A stretch of DNA of 63,979 nt, counting the filler, from an uncultured Methanosarcinales archaeon (GTDB lineage: Archaea; Nanobdellota; Nanobdellia; Woesearchaeales; CAZKBD01): the NCBI GenBank assembly GCA_964550945.1. It is 6 parts of 6 records of this genome, joined end to end, with 100 filler letters (N's around TTAATTAATTAA, not from the genome) between each part and the next. Parts side by side here need not be neighbours in the genome. Positions count along the whole stretch, not along the records: positions 36,766 to 48,300 come from CAZKBD010000058.1; positions 48,401 to 59,835 come from CAZKBD010000059.1; 4 more parts are not named here. One strand, 5' to 3'. Shown here in pieces: positions 48,114 to 57,152 of this stretch (within the stretch, counting starts at the first letter, position 1; each line of letters starts with the position of its first letter). Below the pieces are notes generated by a model. The model saw only the letters and a program-made list of their open reading frames with translations. It was not told where the DNA came from and made no database searches. Both the position numbers and the translations under genes were made by a program.

Positions 48114-48300
48114 ATAATAATCTTCTATCAATAATTCTTTTTTCTTTCAGCTCTGTTTCCATTCCCAGCATTTCTAAAATCTCATTTTCCACCAGTGTAT
48201 TTCACTGGTGGTTTTGTTTAAAGATAAACCTCAAGTGGAAAATGAGAACAAAAAATCCGACCCGAGCCTATAAGGCGAGCATACCACCAGTCTATTTGAC

Positions 48301-48400
48301 NNNNNNNNNNNNNNNNNNNNNNNNNNNNNNNNNNNNNNNNNNNNTTAATTAATTAANNNNNNNNNNNNNNNNNNNNNNNNNNNNNNNNNNNNNNNNNNNN
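48301..48400. other. Contig linker (assembly artefact)
   Basis: N run with TTAATTAATTAA. Confidence 0.99.
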
Positions 48401-48477
48401 CCGCCATACCAGACAGGAGCAACTAGAAGAATAGCTATATCCCTTTTCTCTAATTGGTCATTATTCTTTTTGGTCAT
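48401..48477 (-). CDS. 5' end of a gene truncated by the contig end
   Basis: MTKKNNDQLEKRDIAILLVAPVWYG..; begins 8 nt after the radical SAM stop. Confidence 0.55.
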
Positions 48478-48485
48478 TTAGTTGA

Positions 48486-49508
48486 TTATTTCTTAAAAAC
48501 AGAATCAATAAATAAAGATAATTTCTCATACCTTATGAGGTTTCTCTTAAAGCTAAAATCATTCATAATTGTTCCCGCAAGCATTATTGGCAAATTCAAG
48601 CCAGGAACATTGCAATTTTTGCATAGGTGTATCTTATTTTTATTGCCGCTTAAATGCAATTTCCTTAGCCCTACAAGAGTCTTGCTGTTCCACACATCTT
48701 TTAATGATTTGTCCTTAATATTGCCCAAGGGCATATTTCTGCACATCTCAATACAGGTTACTTCACCATCCCAGTGGATGGATAATTGCCTCCATAAATA
48801 AACGCACGGGTTTTTTGAGTATTTCACTTCTTGATTTTTTAGATCAACATCTCCTGCAAATGTTAGTACAGGTTTTATCCTTAGCGTATCAGCATTATAA
48901 TCTCTCCATAATTTTTTAAATTTGCCTGCTTCTTGCTTATTCTCTTTTAGATAGATAAGCTGCAGAGCGGTATATGGCCCTTTTTTTGACTTATGTTTAA
49001 GCATAAGATAGTTTTTTACGTTGCTTACTACCTTATCATAATCATCTGTACCCTTTATTTTTTTATAAGTCTCAGGAGAAGCAGCATCAATAGATATTAT
49101 GAGGTAGTCCAACCCAGAATCTATTAATTTTTGGGCTGCAGCGCCATCAAGCAGGATAGCATTGGTTGATATTCCCGCAGTAACATTATTATCTTTGCAG
49201 TATTTAACCATTTCAAAAAACTGCGGGTGAATCAATGGCTCACCGTCAAAATGCAGATAAGCTAGCTCCAATGTACCCTTTGTCTCATCAATTATCTTCT
49301 TAAAAAGCTTAAAATCCATGAAGCCTAAGTGCTTGGTTATTTCGTCTCTCGGACACATAAGACAATTCGAATTGCAATGGCTTGTGATTCCTATTGAGAG
49401 TTCAACTGGATAAGAACTTAATGTTGTTCTCTTTAAGATGTAATCTGACAACATTAATGCCCTATTTTTTAGTTTTTTTATGCTCATTTTATTACAGAGT
49501 GAAGCCAT
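48486..49508 (-). CDS. Radical SAM/SPASM (Twitch) domain protein
   Basis: CNSNCLMC, GEP, C..LW..I.WDG.V.C, CKNC. Confidence 0.92.
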   Translation of the reverse strand: MASLCNKMSIKKLKNRALMLSDYILKRTTLSSYPVELSIGITSHCNSNCLMCPRDEITKHLGFMDFKLFKKIIDETKGTLELAYLHFDGEPLIHPQFFEMVKYCKDNNVTAGISTNAILLDGAAAQKLIDSGLDYLIISIDAASPETYKKIKGTDDYDKVVSNVKNYLMLKHKSKKGPYTALQLIYLKENKQEAGKFKKLWRDYNADTLRIKPVLTFAGDVDLKNQEVKYSKNPCVYLWRQLSIHWDGEVTCIEMCRNMPLGNIKDKSLKDVWNSKTLVGLRKLHLSGNKNKIHLCKNCNVPGLNLPIMLAGTIMNDFSFKRNLIRYEKLSLFIDSVFKK

Positions 49509-49671
49509 TTATGGGGTATAGCACTTAACGAGATTCTATACAGCCCCCAAGACAATTACCCTAATATCATACCCCACAAAACATGCCTAGTTTTAAATAA
49601 TTTTCGGTAAATCTGAAATTTACAAATATTAGCAAAATTTATATAACATTTTGAATATCTTGCAGATTTAA

Positions 49672-50625
49672 ATGAAAAAAGCATTAATCACCGGAATAAC
49701 TGGATTTGTCGGTTCTCATCTGTCAGAGCTGTTAATCGGCAAGGGTTTCGAAGTTCATGGCTTGTACAGGTGGAGATCCAGGACGGCCAATATTGATCAC
49801 ATCAAAGAAAACCTTAATCTTATTTATGCTGATATCACTGATTATCATTCCGTCGAATCTGCAATAGGCTCAATAAAACCTGATTATATATTTCACTTGG
49901 CTGCTCAGTCTTTTGTTCCTGTGTCATGGACAGCTCCAAGCAACACAGTGAATACAAATATAATCGGCCAGTTAAACCTACTTGAAGCTGTCAGAAAATT
50001 AAATCTGGATACTAAGATCCAAATTGCTGGCTCCTCAGAAGAATATGGCATAGTCAAAGAAGACGAAACCCCAATAAAAGAAACAAATCCTTTAAGACCG
50101 TCATCTCCTTATGCGGTAAGCAAGATATGCCAGGAGATGCTAGGTTACCAGTATTTCGTCTCATATGGGATGAAAATAATCTTAACAAGGGGGTTTAATC
50201 ATACAGGCCCAAGACGAGGGGATGTTTTTGTAACAAGCAGTTTTGCAAAACAAGTGGCTGAGATTGAAAATGGGAAAAGAAAACCTATACTGCATGTTGG
50301 CAATCTAACAGCAATAAGGGACTTTACAGATGTCAGGGATATGGTGAAGGGCTACCTATTGGCAATCGAAAAATGTAAATTGGGCGAGCCATATAATATA
50401 GCCACTGGAAAAGGATATAGGATACAAGAAGTAGTTGATCTTCTTTTGGCTATGACCAAGAAAAAAATTGAGATAAAACAGGACCAATCGAGAATGAGGC
50501 CCAGCGATGTTCCAATACTAATTGGGGATTATACTAAATTCAAAAATCAAACCGGTTGGGAGCCAGCTATATCATTTGAAAAAACTTTAGAGGATACCTT
50601 AGACTATTGGAGAGGCATTGTTTAG
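49672..50625 (+). CDS. GDP-mannose 4,6-dehydratase-like NAD-dependent sugar epimerase/dehydratase
   Basis: GITGFVG, HLAAQSFV, SSEEYG, YAVSK, FNHTGPRR. Confidence 0.9.
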   Translation: MKKALITGITGFVGSHLSELLIGKGFEVHGLYRWRSRTANIDHIKENLNLIYADITDYHSVESAIGSIKPDYIFHLAAQSFVPVSWTAPSNTVNTNIIGQLNLLEAVRKLNLDTKIQIAGSSEEYGIVKEDETPIKETNPLRPSSPYAVSKICQEMLGYQYFVSYGMKIILTRGFNHTGPRRGDVFVTSSFAKQVAEIENGKRKPILHVGNLTAIRDFTDVRDMVKGYLLAIEKCKLGEPYNIATGKGYRIQEVVDLLLAMTKKKIEIKQDQSRMRPSDVPILIGDYTKFKNQTGWEPAISFEKTLEDTLDYWRGIV

Positions 50626-50655
50626 TTCTAACTTGCCTTCCAGAAGAACAAAAAA

Positions 50656-51363
50656 ATGAATTCTATCATTATTCCAACTTACAATGAAGCGCAGAATTTG
50701 CAAACGCTCGTCGATGAAATATTCCGTCTAGATCTTGATACAAACATACTGTTTATAGATGACAATTCGCCTGATGGCACTGGCAGGATAGCTGATGAAC
50801 TCGCAAAAAAACACAAAGGAAAAATACATGTACTGCACAGAAAAGGAAAACTTGGCTTGGGATCAGCTTATATTCTTGGTTTCAGATACGCCCTGTCTGA
50901 CCTGAAGCCTGATCTGATAATAACGATGGATGCAGACCTTTCCCACGATCCAAAACATATTCCTGGCCTGATAAATAAAGTGCGTGAGGGGTTTGATGTT
51001 GTGCAGGGATCTAGATACACCCAAGGAGGGGGCGTGAATTGGGCATTCCATAGGAGGGTTATAAGCAGGTGTGCAAACCTGCTTGCGATTAAGGTGCTTG
51101 GGTTCAAGATTAATGACATCACAGGATCGTTTAGATGTTATAGGGCAGAAGTGATAAAATCGCTGGACCTTGATTCAATCAAATCAGATGGGTTTTCATT
51201 CCTAGAGGAGTTGCTTTACCTTTGCAAGCTGAGAGGGTTTAAGGTTGGTGAAGCACCCATATTCTTTGTTGAAAGAAAGAAGGGCAAATCAAAACTCTCA
51301 AAAAGGGAAATGATTAAATTTTTTTTTACAATCCTACGGCTTAGATTCATGAAGAAAAAGTAG
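50656..51363 (+). CDS. Polyprenol-phosphate mannosyltransferase-like GT2
   Basis: IPTYNE, DDNSPDGT, MDADLSHDP, GSRY. Confidence 0.92.
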   Translation: MNSIIIPTYNEAQNLQTLVDEIFRLDLDTNILFIDDNSPDGTGRIADELAKKHKGKIHVLHRKGKLGLGSAYILGFRYALSDLKPDLIITMDADLSHDPKHIPGLINKVREGFDVVQGSRYTQGGGVNWAFHRRVISRCANLLAIKVLGFKINDITGSFRCYRAEVIKSLDLDSIKSDGFSFLEELLYLCKLRGFKVGEAPIFFVERKKGKSKLSKREMIKFFFTILRLRFMKKK

Positions 51364-51422
51364 CCCTTTATTACCAAAAGATTTTAATTACAGAGCATCT
51401 CCCCTAATTGAAGTTGATAGTT

Positions 51423-51581
51423 ATGGACAAAGAACTACTAGATTTATTAGCCTGCCCTGTTTGCAAATCGAGTGTAAAAATTAATAATGCCGGGCTGGCA
51501 TGCACAAAATGTAAAAGAGTATATCCACTAATCGAAGGGATACCTATAATGCTTTCAGAGGAGGCTCAAGTTGGTAGTTAG
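51423..51581 (+). CDS. trm112: Trm112-like methyltransferase activator (52 aa, not in the ORF track)
   Basis: MDKELLDLLACPVCK..LACTKCKRVYPLIEGIPIML. Confidence 0.88.
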   Translation: MDKELLDLLACPVCKSSVKINNAGLACTKCKRVYPLIEGIPIMLSEEAQVGS

Positions 51582-52251
51582 GAAAGCCTGCAAAGAAAGG
51601 CAAGTTTGGGAAGAACACTGGAAAAAATTAAACCAAACTAACAGCATCTTCGGAAAGATCTGTGAAGCATACAGAAGGCTAATCATTTCTAATGCAGTGG
51701 CGTATTATCTCAAAAGATATTTTCCTACAAAGGGCATATTTGTAGAATGTGGGTCAGGCACTTCACAGACATTGTCTAGATTGAAAAAAGAGGAAAGAAA
51801 GTTAGTTGCTCTAGACATAGCTATTACTCCACTAAAAATCGCAAAAAAAGAAAACATCGATGAAGCTATATGCGCAGATATATTTAATCTTCCATTCAAA
51901 GACGATTCCATTGATGGTATCTGGAATTTAGGTGTTATGGAACATTTTTACCCTAAGGATACAAACAAAATCCTGGATGAATTCCACAGGGTGTTAAAAA
52001 AAGGAGCGCGGGTTATCTTATTCTGGTTACCCTCATTCAGCTCTACACAGATTGTTTTGAGGCCTATTGAGATTGTAGTCTCTAGATTAAGCAAAGAAAA
52101 GTTTAACTTTTTTCCTGATGAAGTTACGAAAATAAGTTCTTTTAAACATGCAAAAAGCCTGATAGACCATAAGAAGTTTAAACTTGTTAATATCCACTTT
52201 AATCATAAAGACTTATTTACCTATCTTGTCATGGTATATGAAAAGAAATGA
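51571..52251 (+). CDS. Class I SAM-dependent methyltransferase
   Basis: ECGSGT, ADIFNLPFKDDSID..GVMEHF; TTG start with GGAGG SD. Confidence 0.88.
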   Translation: MVVRKACKERQVWEEHWKKLNQTNSIFGKICEAYRRLIISNAVAYYLKRYFPTKGIFVECGSGTSQTLSRLKKEERKLVALDIAITPLKIAKKENIDEAICADIFNLPFKDDSIDGIWNLGVMEHFYPKDTNKILDEFHRVLKKGARVILFWLPSFSSTQIVLRPIEIVVSRLSKEKFNFFPDEVTKISSFKHAKSLIDHKKFKLVNIHFNHKDLFTYLVMVYEKK

Positions 52252-52266
52252 TCATCTGGCTGCCAA

Positions 52267-53889
52267 ATGGATAAAAAAATCTTCTACGCGTTGGGCATGA
52301 TTGTATTGGTTATAGCTGTTGTGTTTAAAGTAGTTATTATCTTTTATTCTCCACTGAAGTACACAGATGCAGATGAATCAGCAATAGGCATAATGGCGAA
52401 ACATATCATGGAAAATGGAGAGGTTCCTTTTTTTCAGATTGGGCATTCTTTTGGAGGCGATATGGTTGTCCAATCACTTATTGCTGTGCCTTTTTTCATG
52501 TTTTTTGGCGTGTCCACATTTTCCCTCCACCTGGAGGCTATTTTTTTGTCTATTTGCGTGATTATTGCAGCTTATTTAGTGTTTAGCAGAATATTTGGAA
52601 AGACTATTGCGCTGATTACATCATTTTTTTTAGCCTTGCCATCTCCGGTGTATGTGGAGTTCACAAGAAACAGCTCATGGCACTTGTTCCCATTAATCCT
52701 GGATTTGTTTTTGTTTTATATTTTTTACAGAATTTTTTTCAAAAACCAGGCTAGCACAATAAATTTCATACTTTTTGGGTTTTTATGCGCTTTTTCAATA
52801 TGGGTTATAGAATTCTCCATACCATTAATGATAATATTCTTGGTTTACTGGTTCGCGACAGATAGAAAGTTTTTCCTCAAAAAGCAATTTGGCTGTTATA
52901 TAGCGGCTTTCATAATGGGCTATCTGCCAATTTTGGCTTATAATATCACCCATAAATTTGCTAATATAAAACACTTATTTGCACAATCTATTGTTCAGGA
53001 GATTGTATGCAAATATGGGCTATTCCCTGAGATAACATACTGCTGGGATATGCTAATACCGACTAACAAAAATTTATTTTTTTTCTTTAGCCAGAAATTG
53101 CCTTCTTTTTTTGGAGAAACTGCCTTCAGGTATGTTCCCTATTTGTTATTTATAACTTCGATAGGGTATATCATTTACAGAAATAAAAAAATAATTTTCT
53201 CTACATTCTTGTCATTTTCCAAAAAAGAAAGAGAGAAACCTGCTAGTATCTCTATTGAAATGGTGGTTGTTTCCTATGTTTTATTGTATGTTCTCTTTTT
53301 TTATTTTAGGGGAGCAGGAAAACCAAGATATCTTTTGCCAACATATGCCTTTTTGTGTTTACTCTTCGCTATTTTTATCATTGGAGTGTATAATTCAATA
53401 ACCAATAACAAACTTAAGATCTTCTTTGCATCACTTATCATCCTAACTATTCCACTAACAAATGTGTACGAATCATCTTTCTTCTTTGATAGGCCTGTTT
53501 CTGAGCTTCCTCGAATAATAGAGACCAAAGATTTTATCTTAAAGAGCAATATCAACAATGTTTATGCAGAATACTGGATAAAATGGCCGCTTATATTCGA
53601 AAGTGGCGAACAAATTATCGCTTCTTGTGATCATATGTGTTATTGCTTAGGCGAAGGCAGAAAATCGAGATACCCTAAATATGAGGAGATCGTTAATAAT
53701 TCAGAAAATTTTGGTTATGTAACAAGAGACAATTCTGAATATGACCGGAGATTTGCAGAGTTTCTAAACCAAAATAATGTTTCCTATCATTCAGAGAATA
53801 TTGGTGATTTTATAGTATATTCTTCCTTGTCAAAAGAGGTTAGACCTTGGGAAATAAACTGCACAGATAATGACATCATGCGCCCTTAA
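52267..53889 (+). CDS. GT-C (ArnT/PMT-like) membrane glycosyltransferase
   Basis: DADE after TM1, many TM segments, RYLLP. Confidence 0.8.
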   Translation: MDKKIFYALGMIVLVIAVVFKVVIIFYSPLKYTDADESAIGIMAKHIMENGEVPFFQIGHSFGGDMVVQSLIAVPFFMFFGVSTFSLHLEAIFLSICVIIAAYLVFSRIFGKTIALITSFFLALPSPVYVEFTRNSSWHLFPLILDLFLFYIFYRIFFKNQASTINFILFGFLCAFSIWVIEFSIPLMIIFLVYWFATDRKFFLKKQFGCYIAAFIMGYLPILAYNITHKFANIKHLFAQSIVQEIVCKYGLFPEITYCWDMLIPTNKNLFFFFSQKLPSFFGETAFRYVPYLLFITSIGYIIYRNKKIIFSTFLSFSKKEREKPASISIEMVVVSYVLLYVLFFYFRGAGKPRYLLPTYAFLCLLFAIFIIGVYNSITNNKLKIFFASLIILTIPLTNVYESSFFFDRPVSELPRIIETKDFILKSNINNVYAEYWIKWPLIFESGEQIIASCDHMCYCLGEGRKSRYPKYEEIVNNSENFGYVTRDNSEYDRRFAEFLNQNNVSYHSENIGDFIVYSSLSKEVRPWEINCTDNDIMRP

Positions 53890-55411
53890 TTTTTAGTCTT
53901 CTAACCAGCTCTTTGATTTCTGACAAGCTAAGCAGCCTGAGCAAAAACAATAGAGTGACATAAATAAAGACTGCAACTAAAACTACAAATACCGCTTCTG
54001 TCAAGGCATTCTTTATTAACAACAGGCCTTTAAGCAGGTAAACAACCAAAATGAATATAACACCTGCGAAAAATGTTTTTATCCAATGATTTATCGGCAA
54101 ATACACGTTCAAAATTTTCTTTAAGAAGTGGACGGTGAGTATAGCCATCAGTATGCTGCTTATAGTAGTTGCTATAGCTGCTCCAACAATCCCCAACGAG
54201 GGGATCAAGATTAAGTTAATGACTAGATTTAATGAAGCTGCAATATAAACTGTTTTGGTAGTTAATTTTGGTCTTCCAATACCGTTCAGAATGTTGTTGT
54301 TTATAATGAACATAACTGTGAATAGGACGCCTATTATAAGGATTTGCAAGGTCAGTGTTGACGCAATAAAGTTTTTTCCGAACAGAACTATCTGCTGATC
54401 TAAAAATTTTTGCCCAAATAATAATCGTATAGTCACATCAGGGAAAGCGAATAGAGCTAAAGCGATAGGCAAGACCACCAAAAAAACAGTCCTGTATAAA
54501 AGTTCAACGCCTTTCTTTAATAAAGGCACATGCTTCTTTGCCCAAAGTTCTGAAACCAGCGGAAATAAGGTGTTGGATATAGCAATAGCAAGATAAGATA
54601 TGATGTTGGCAATAGGTAAAACAACATTGTATAAGGCTACGCTAGTTATCGAGAAATATGTCAGAATCAACGTGTCAGTATACCCTAAAAGGGTAGATCC
54701 TGCCATTCCTATCATAACCACAAATCCATAAGAGCTTATCTTCTTCAATAATTCTGGATTGTAACTGGATCGGATCTTAAGAAACTGCGGAAAAACTTTT
54801 CGTATGAAGATTGGCACAAATATTACAGCAACTAAAAAAGGGGAGATCGCATATGCAACTATAGGGGAAAATACCCCCAGCTCATACTTAAATAAAAACA
54901 AAGATACAACCAGTATCAAAATCATTTTAAAAAAGATGATTGAAGAATAAAGCGCGTGCCTTTGAAAGCCCAGAAAACTATTTTTTATCACAACTGTGAT
55001 CGAATCAAATAAAAATCCAATAAGCAATATTTTAATAATAACCGAAGCTAGTTTATTATGAAAATAAACATCTGAAAGGTACCCTGAAAGGGAGAATATC
55101 ACAAGAGAAATGAGTAATGTAACTGCCAGTTGAATAATTAACGCATATGCTATCGAGTTTTTTATATCTGCTTCGCCTTTCTTGACCAAGAACTCTGGAA
55201 TGTATTTTGTTAATGATTCATTCAATCCAAATTCTTTAAAAATTGTAAAGAAACTTATAAAACCAAAACATGCATAAAACAAGCCAAATTCTGTGGTGGT
55301 TAAGTTTCTAGCAAACAGAAAGCGCACTAAATAGGAGATTATTTGAGTTGTAATAAAAAAACTAAATATGATAACGCTGCCTTTAATTGCCTTTTTCATA
55401 TAATCTGCCAT
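53876..55411 (-). CDS. Wzx-like oligosaccharide flippase
   Basis: ARNL...EFG, DTLIL, NLILIP.LGIVGAAIAT. Confidence 0.9.
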   Translation of the reverse strand: MADYMKKAIKGSVIIFSFFITTQIISYLVRFLFARNLTTTEFGLFYACFGFISFFTIFKEFGLNESLTKYIPEFLVKKGEADIKNSIAYALIIQLAVTLLISLVIFSLSGYLSDVYFHNKLASVIIKILLIGFLFDSITVVIKNSFLGFQRHALYSSIIFFKMILILVVSLFLFKYELGVFSPIVAYAISPFLVAVIFVPIFIRKVFPQFLKIRSSYNPELLKKISSYGFVVMIGMAGSTLLGYTDTLILTYFSITSVALYNVVLPIANIISYLAIAISNTLFPLVSELWAKKHVPLLKKGVELLYRTVFLVVLPIALALFAFPDVTIRLLFGQKFLDQQIVLFGKNFIASTLTLQILIIGVLFTVMFIINNNILNGIGRPKLTTKTVYIAASLNLVINLILIPSLGIVGAAIATTISSILMAILTVHFLKKILNVYLPINHWIKTFFAGVIFILVVYLLKGLLLIKNALTEAVFVVLVAVFIYVTLLFLLRLLSLSEIKELVRRLKIKGA

Positions 55412-55451
55412 AATCCTAAATAAAGAAGGACTATATAAAAAACTTTCTTAA

Positions 55452-55621
55452 ATGTCAAAAACTGACCCCACACTAATGTCAGAAATCTCTTTAGATTTCT
55501 GAGCACACTCAAAAATGCACTGCATTTTTGATGAGTGCGTGGCGTGTTTTTGAGCATGCTCAGAAATCGCTGGTTTGCTCTGAGCTAAAGCATTAGAGCG
55601 TACACCTGCGATTTCTGACAT
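55452..55621. repeat. Modular palindromic element, copy 3, with a nested inverted copy
   Basis: Outer ATGTCAAAAAC..GTTTTTGA-GCATGC-TCAGAAATCGC..GCGATTTCTGACAT; inner copy at 55476-55531. Confidence 0.85.
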
Positions 55622-55670
55622 GTTAAATTTTTCATTTAGAAAAGATTAGGTTCATAATTGAGGTATTAGA

Positions 55671-57152
55671 TTAAGCAACCATCTCTTTTGTGAACAATAT
55701 GTCCCTGTCATTTCTTATTACTTTCATAAGGCTCTTAAGAAAAGTGACAAGACCATAATCCTGTATATACCAATACGCTCTTTTAGCTTTATGGGAATAA
55801 TCCTTCCACAACAAAGAAGGATGTTTTCTTCTGTACTTTGAATAATTTTTTACGATAGCTGCTTCTGTCTCGCTCTTCAGTTTAAGATAATCATCATCGT
55901 TAAAATCTGTAAGGTTAACATAAAGCCTGAATGTTCCAGGCAAGCCTTCTAAATATTTTTCCTCATCTTTTATCAGCCCTTTTTTGAGGGCATAGTCGTA
56001 TAATGGCGTATGAGGCAGAGGTGTTGTTGAAAACATTCCCTGGGGGGCTATGTGCGCCTTTCTGCAAAATTCGATGGTTTCATTTAATGTCTCTTTCGTT
56101 TCACCTATCATGCCAAACATCATCTGAGGGTGCAATGCTATACCCGCTTGTTGAGTCCATACCAATCCTTGCAAAGCCTGTTCCACTTTAACCTGTTTAT
56201 TCATATTATCGAGTATTTTCTGGCTGCCAGATTCTATCCCATAACCAATTCGTTTGCAACCGCTTTTTTTCATTGTTTTCAATAAAGGCAAATCTACAAT
56301 ATTCAATCTTCCCTGGCATACCCATCTAACACCCAATGGCTTAATCTTTTCACAGAGTTCATATGTTCGTTTCTTGTTGACTACAACAAGCTCGTCAGCG
56401 AAACATACGGTTTTTATAGAATACTTAGTTTTTAAGAATTTTATTTCTTCAATAATGTTGTCTACACTTCTTAACCTGACCCCCTCAAACCCTTTTGAAC
56501 AGTAAAAACAATTGTATGGGCATCCTCTACCAGCAATAATTTCGGCTTTTCTGCCATCATCCTTGTATATAGATGAGTTGATGTAGGTCTCTACAGGGAA
56601 GAAATCCCTATTAGGAAAGGGTATAGAATCCAAATCTTTAATATATTCTCTTGGCTTTGTTTTGATTATTTTACTTCCTTTCTTAAAAGCTATTCCGTTC
56701 ACTTCATTTAGATTACATAAATTTTTTAGTAATTCTGGTATAGTTGACTCTCCTTCTCCAATAATGCAAATGTCTATATCAGTATTGTTTAAAACAATAT
56801 CTGTGCTATAAGTTGCCAAAAGGCCGCCAAGAATCATGGGGCCTTTGAAATGTTTTCTTATCTCTTTTGACAGCCATTTTATGTAGGGATATTGGGTGCA
56901 TAAAGCCGAGATGCCAACAAGGTCATGGTTAATTTTTGAGATTTTTTCAATTACTTCGCTATCTGTGAGCCTCCCCCCCCAGATGTCCAGAACTTCAACT
57001 TCATGCTCTTTTGAAAGGACGGTAGCTATACAAGCCAATCCTAACGGGAAAGAATCTGGCTGCCTTGCAATTCCTCCTGAGATGTGCGGCGGTTGGATTA
57101 GTAATATTTTCATTTTAGTAGCATATTTGCCGGCATTTAAAAATGTTTTCAC
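55671..57152 (-). CDS. B12-binding radical SAM protein (class B methylase-like)
   Basis: PLGLACIA, GEGE, RGCPYNCFYC, GIESGSQKIL; alternative start at 57113. Confidence 0.92.
   Translation of the reverse strand: MKTFLNAGKYATKMKILLIQPPHISGGIARQPDSFPLGLACIATVLSKEHEVEVLDIWGGRLTDSEVIEKISKINHDLVGISALCTQYPYIKWLSKEIRKHFKGPMILGGLLATYSTDIVLNNTDIDICIIGEGESTIPELLKNLCNLNEVNGIAFKKGSKIIKTKPREYIKDLDSIPFPNRDFFPVETYINSSIYKDDGRKAEIIAGRGCPYNCFYCSKGFEGVRLRSVDNIIEEIKFLKTKYSIKTVCFADELVVVNKKRTYELCEKIKPLGVRWVCQGRLNIVDLPLLKTMKKSGCKRIGYGIESGSQKILDNMNKQVKVEQALQGLVWTQQAGIALHPQMMFGMIGETKETLNETIEFCRKAHIAPQGMFSTTPLPHTPLYDYALKKGLIKDEEKYLEGLPGTFRLYVNLTDFNDDDYLKLKSETEAAIVKNYSKYRRKHPSLLWKDYSHKAKRAYWYIQDYGLVTFLKSLMKVIRNDRDILFTKEMVA

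Noticed and set aside
48074..48352. 92-aa ORF running into Ns
   Set aside because: It overlaps a terminator-like hairpin and structured non-coding DNA, and its length is inflated by the linker.
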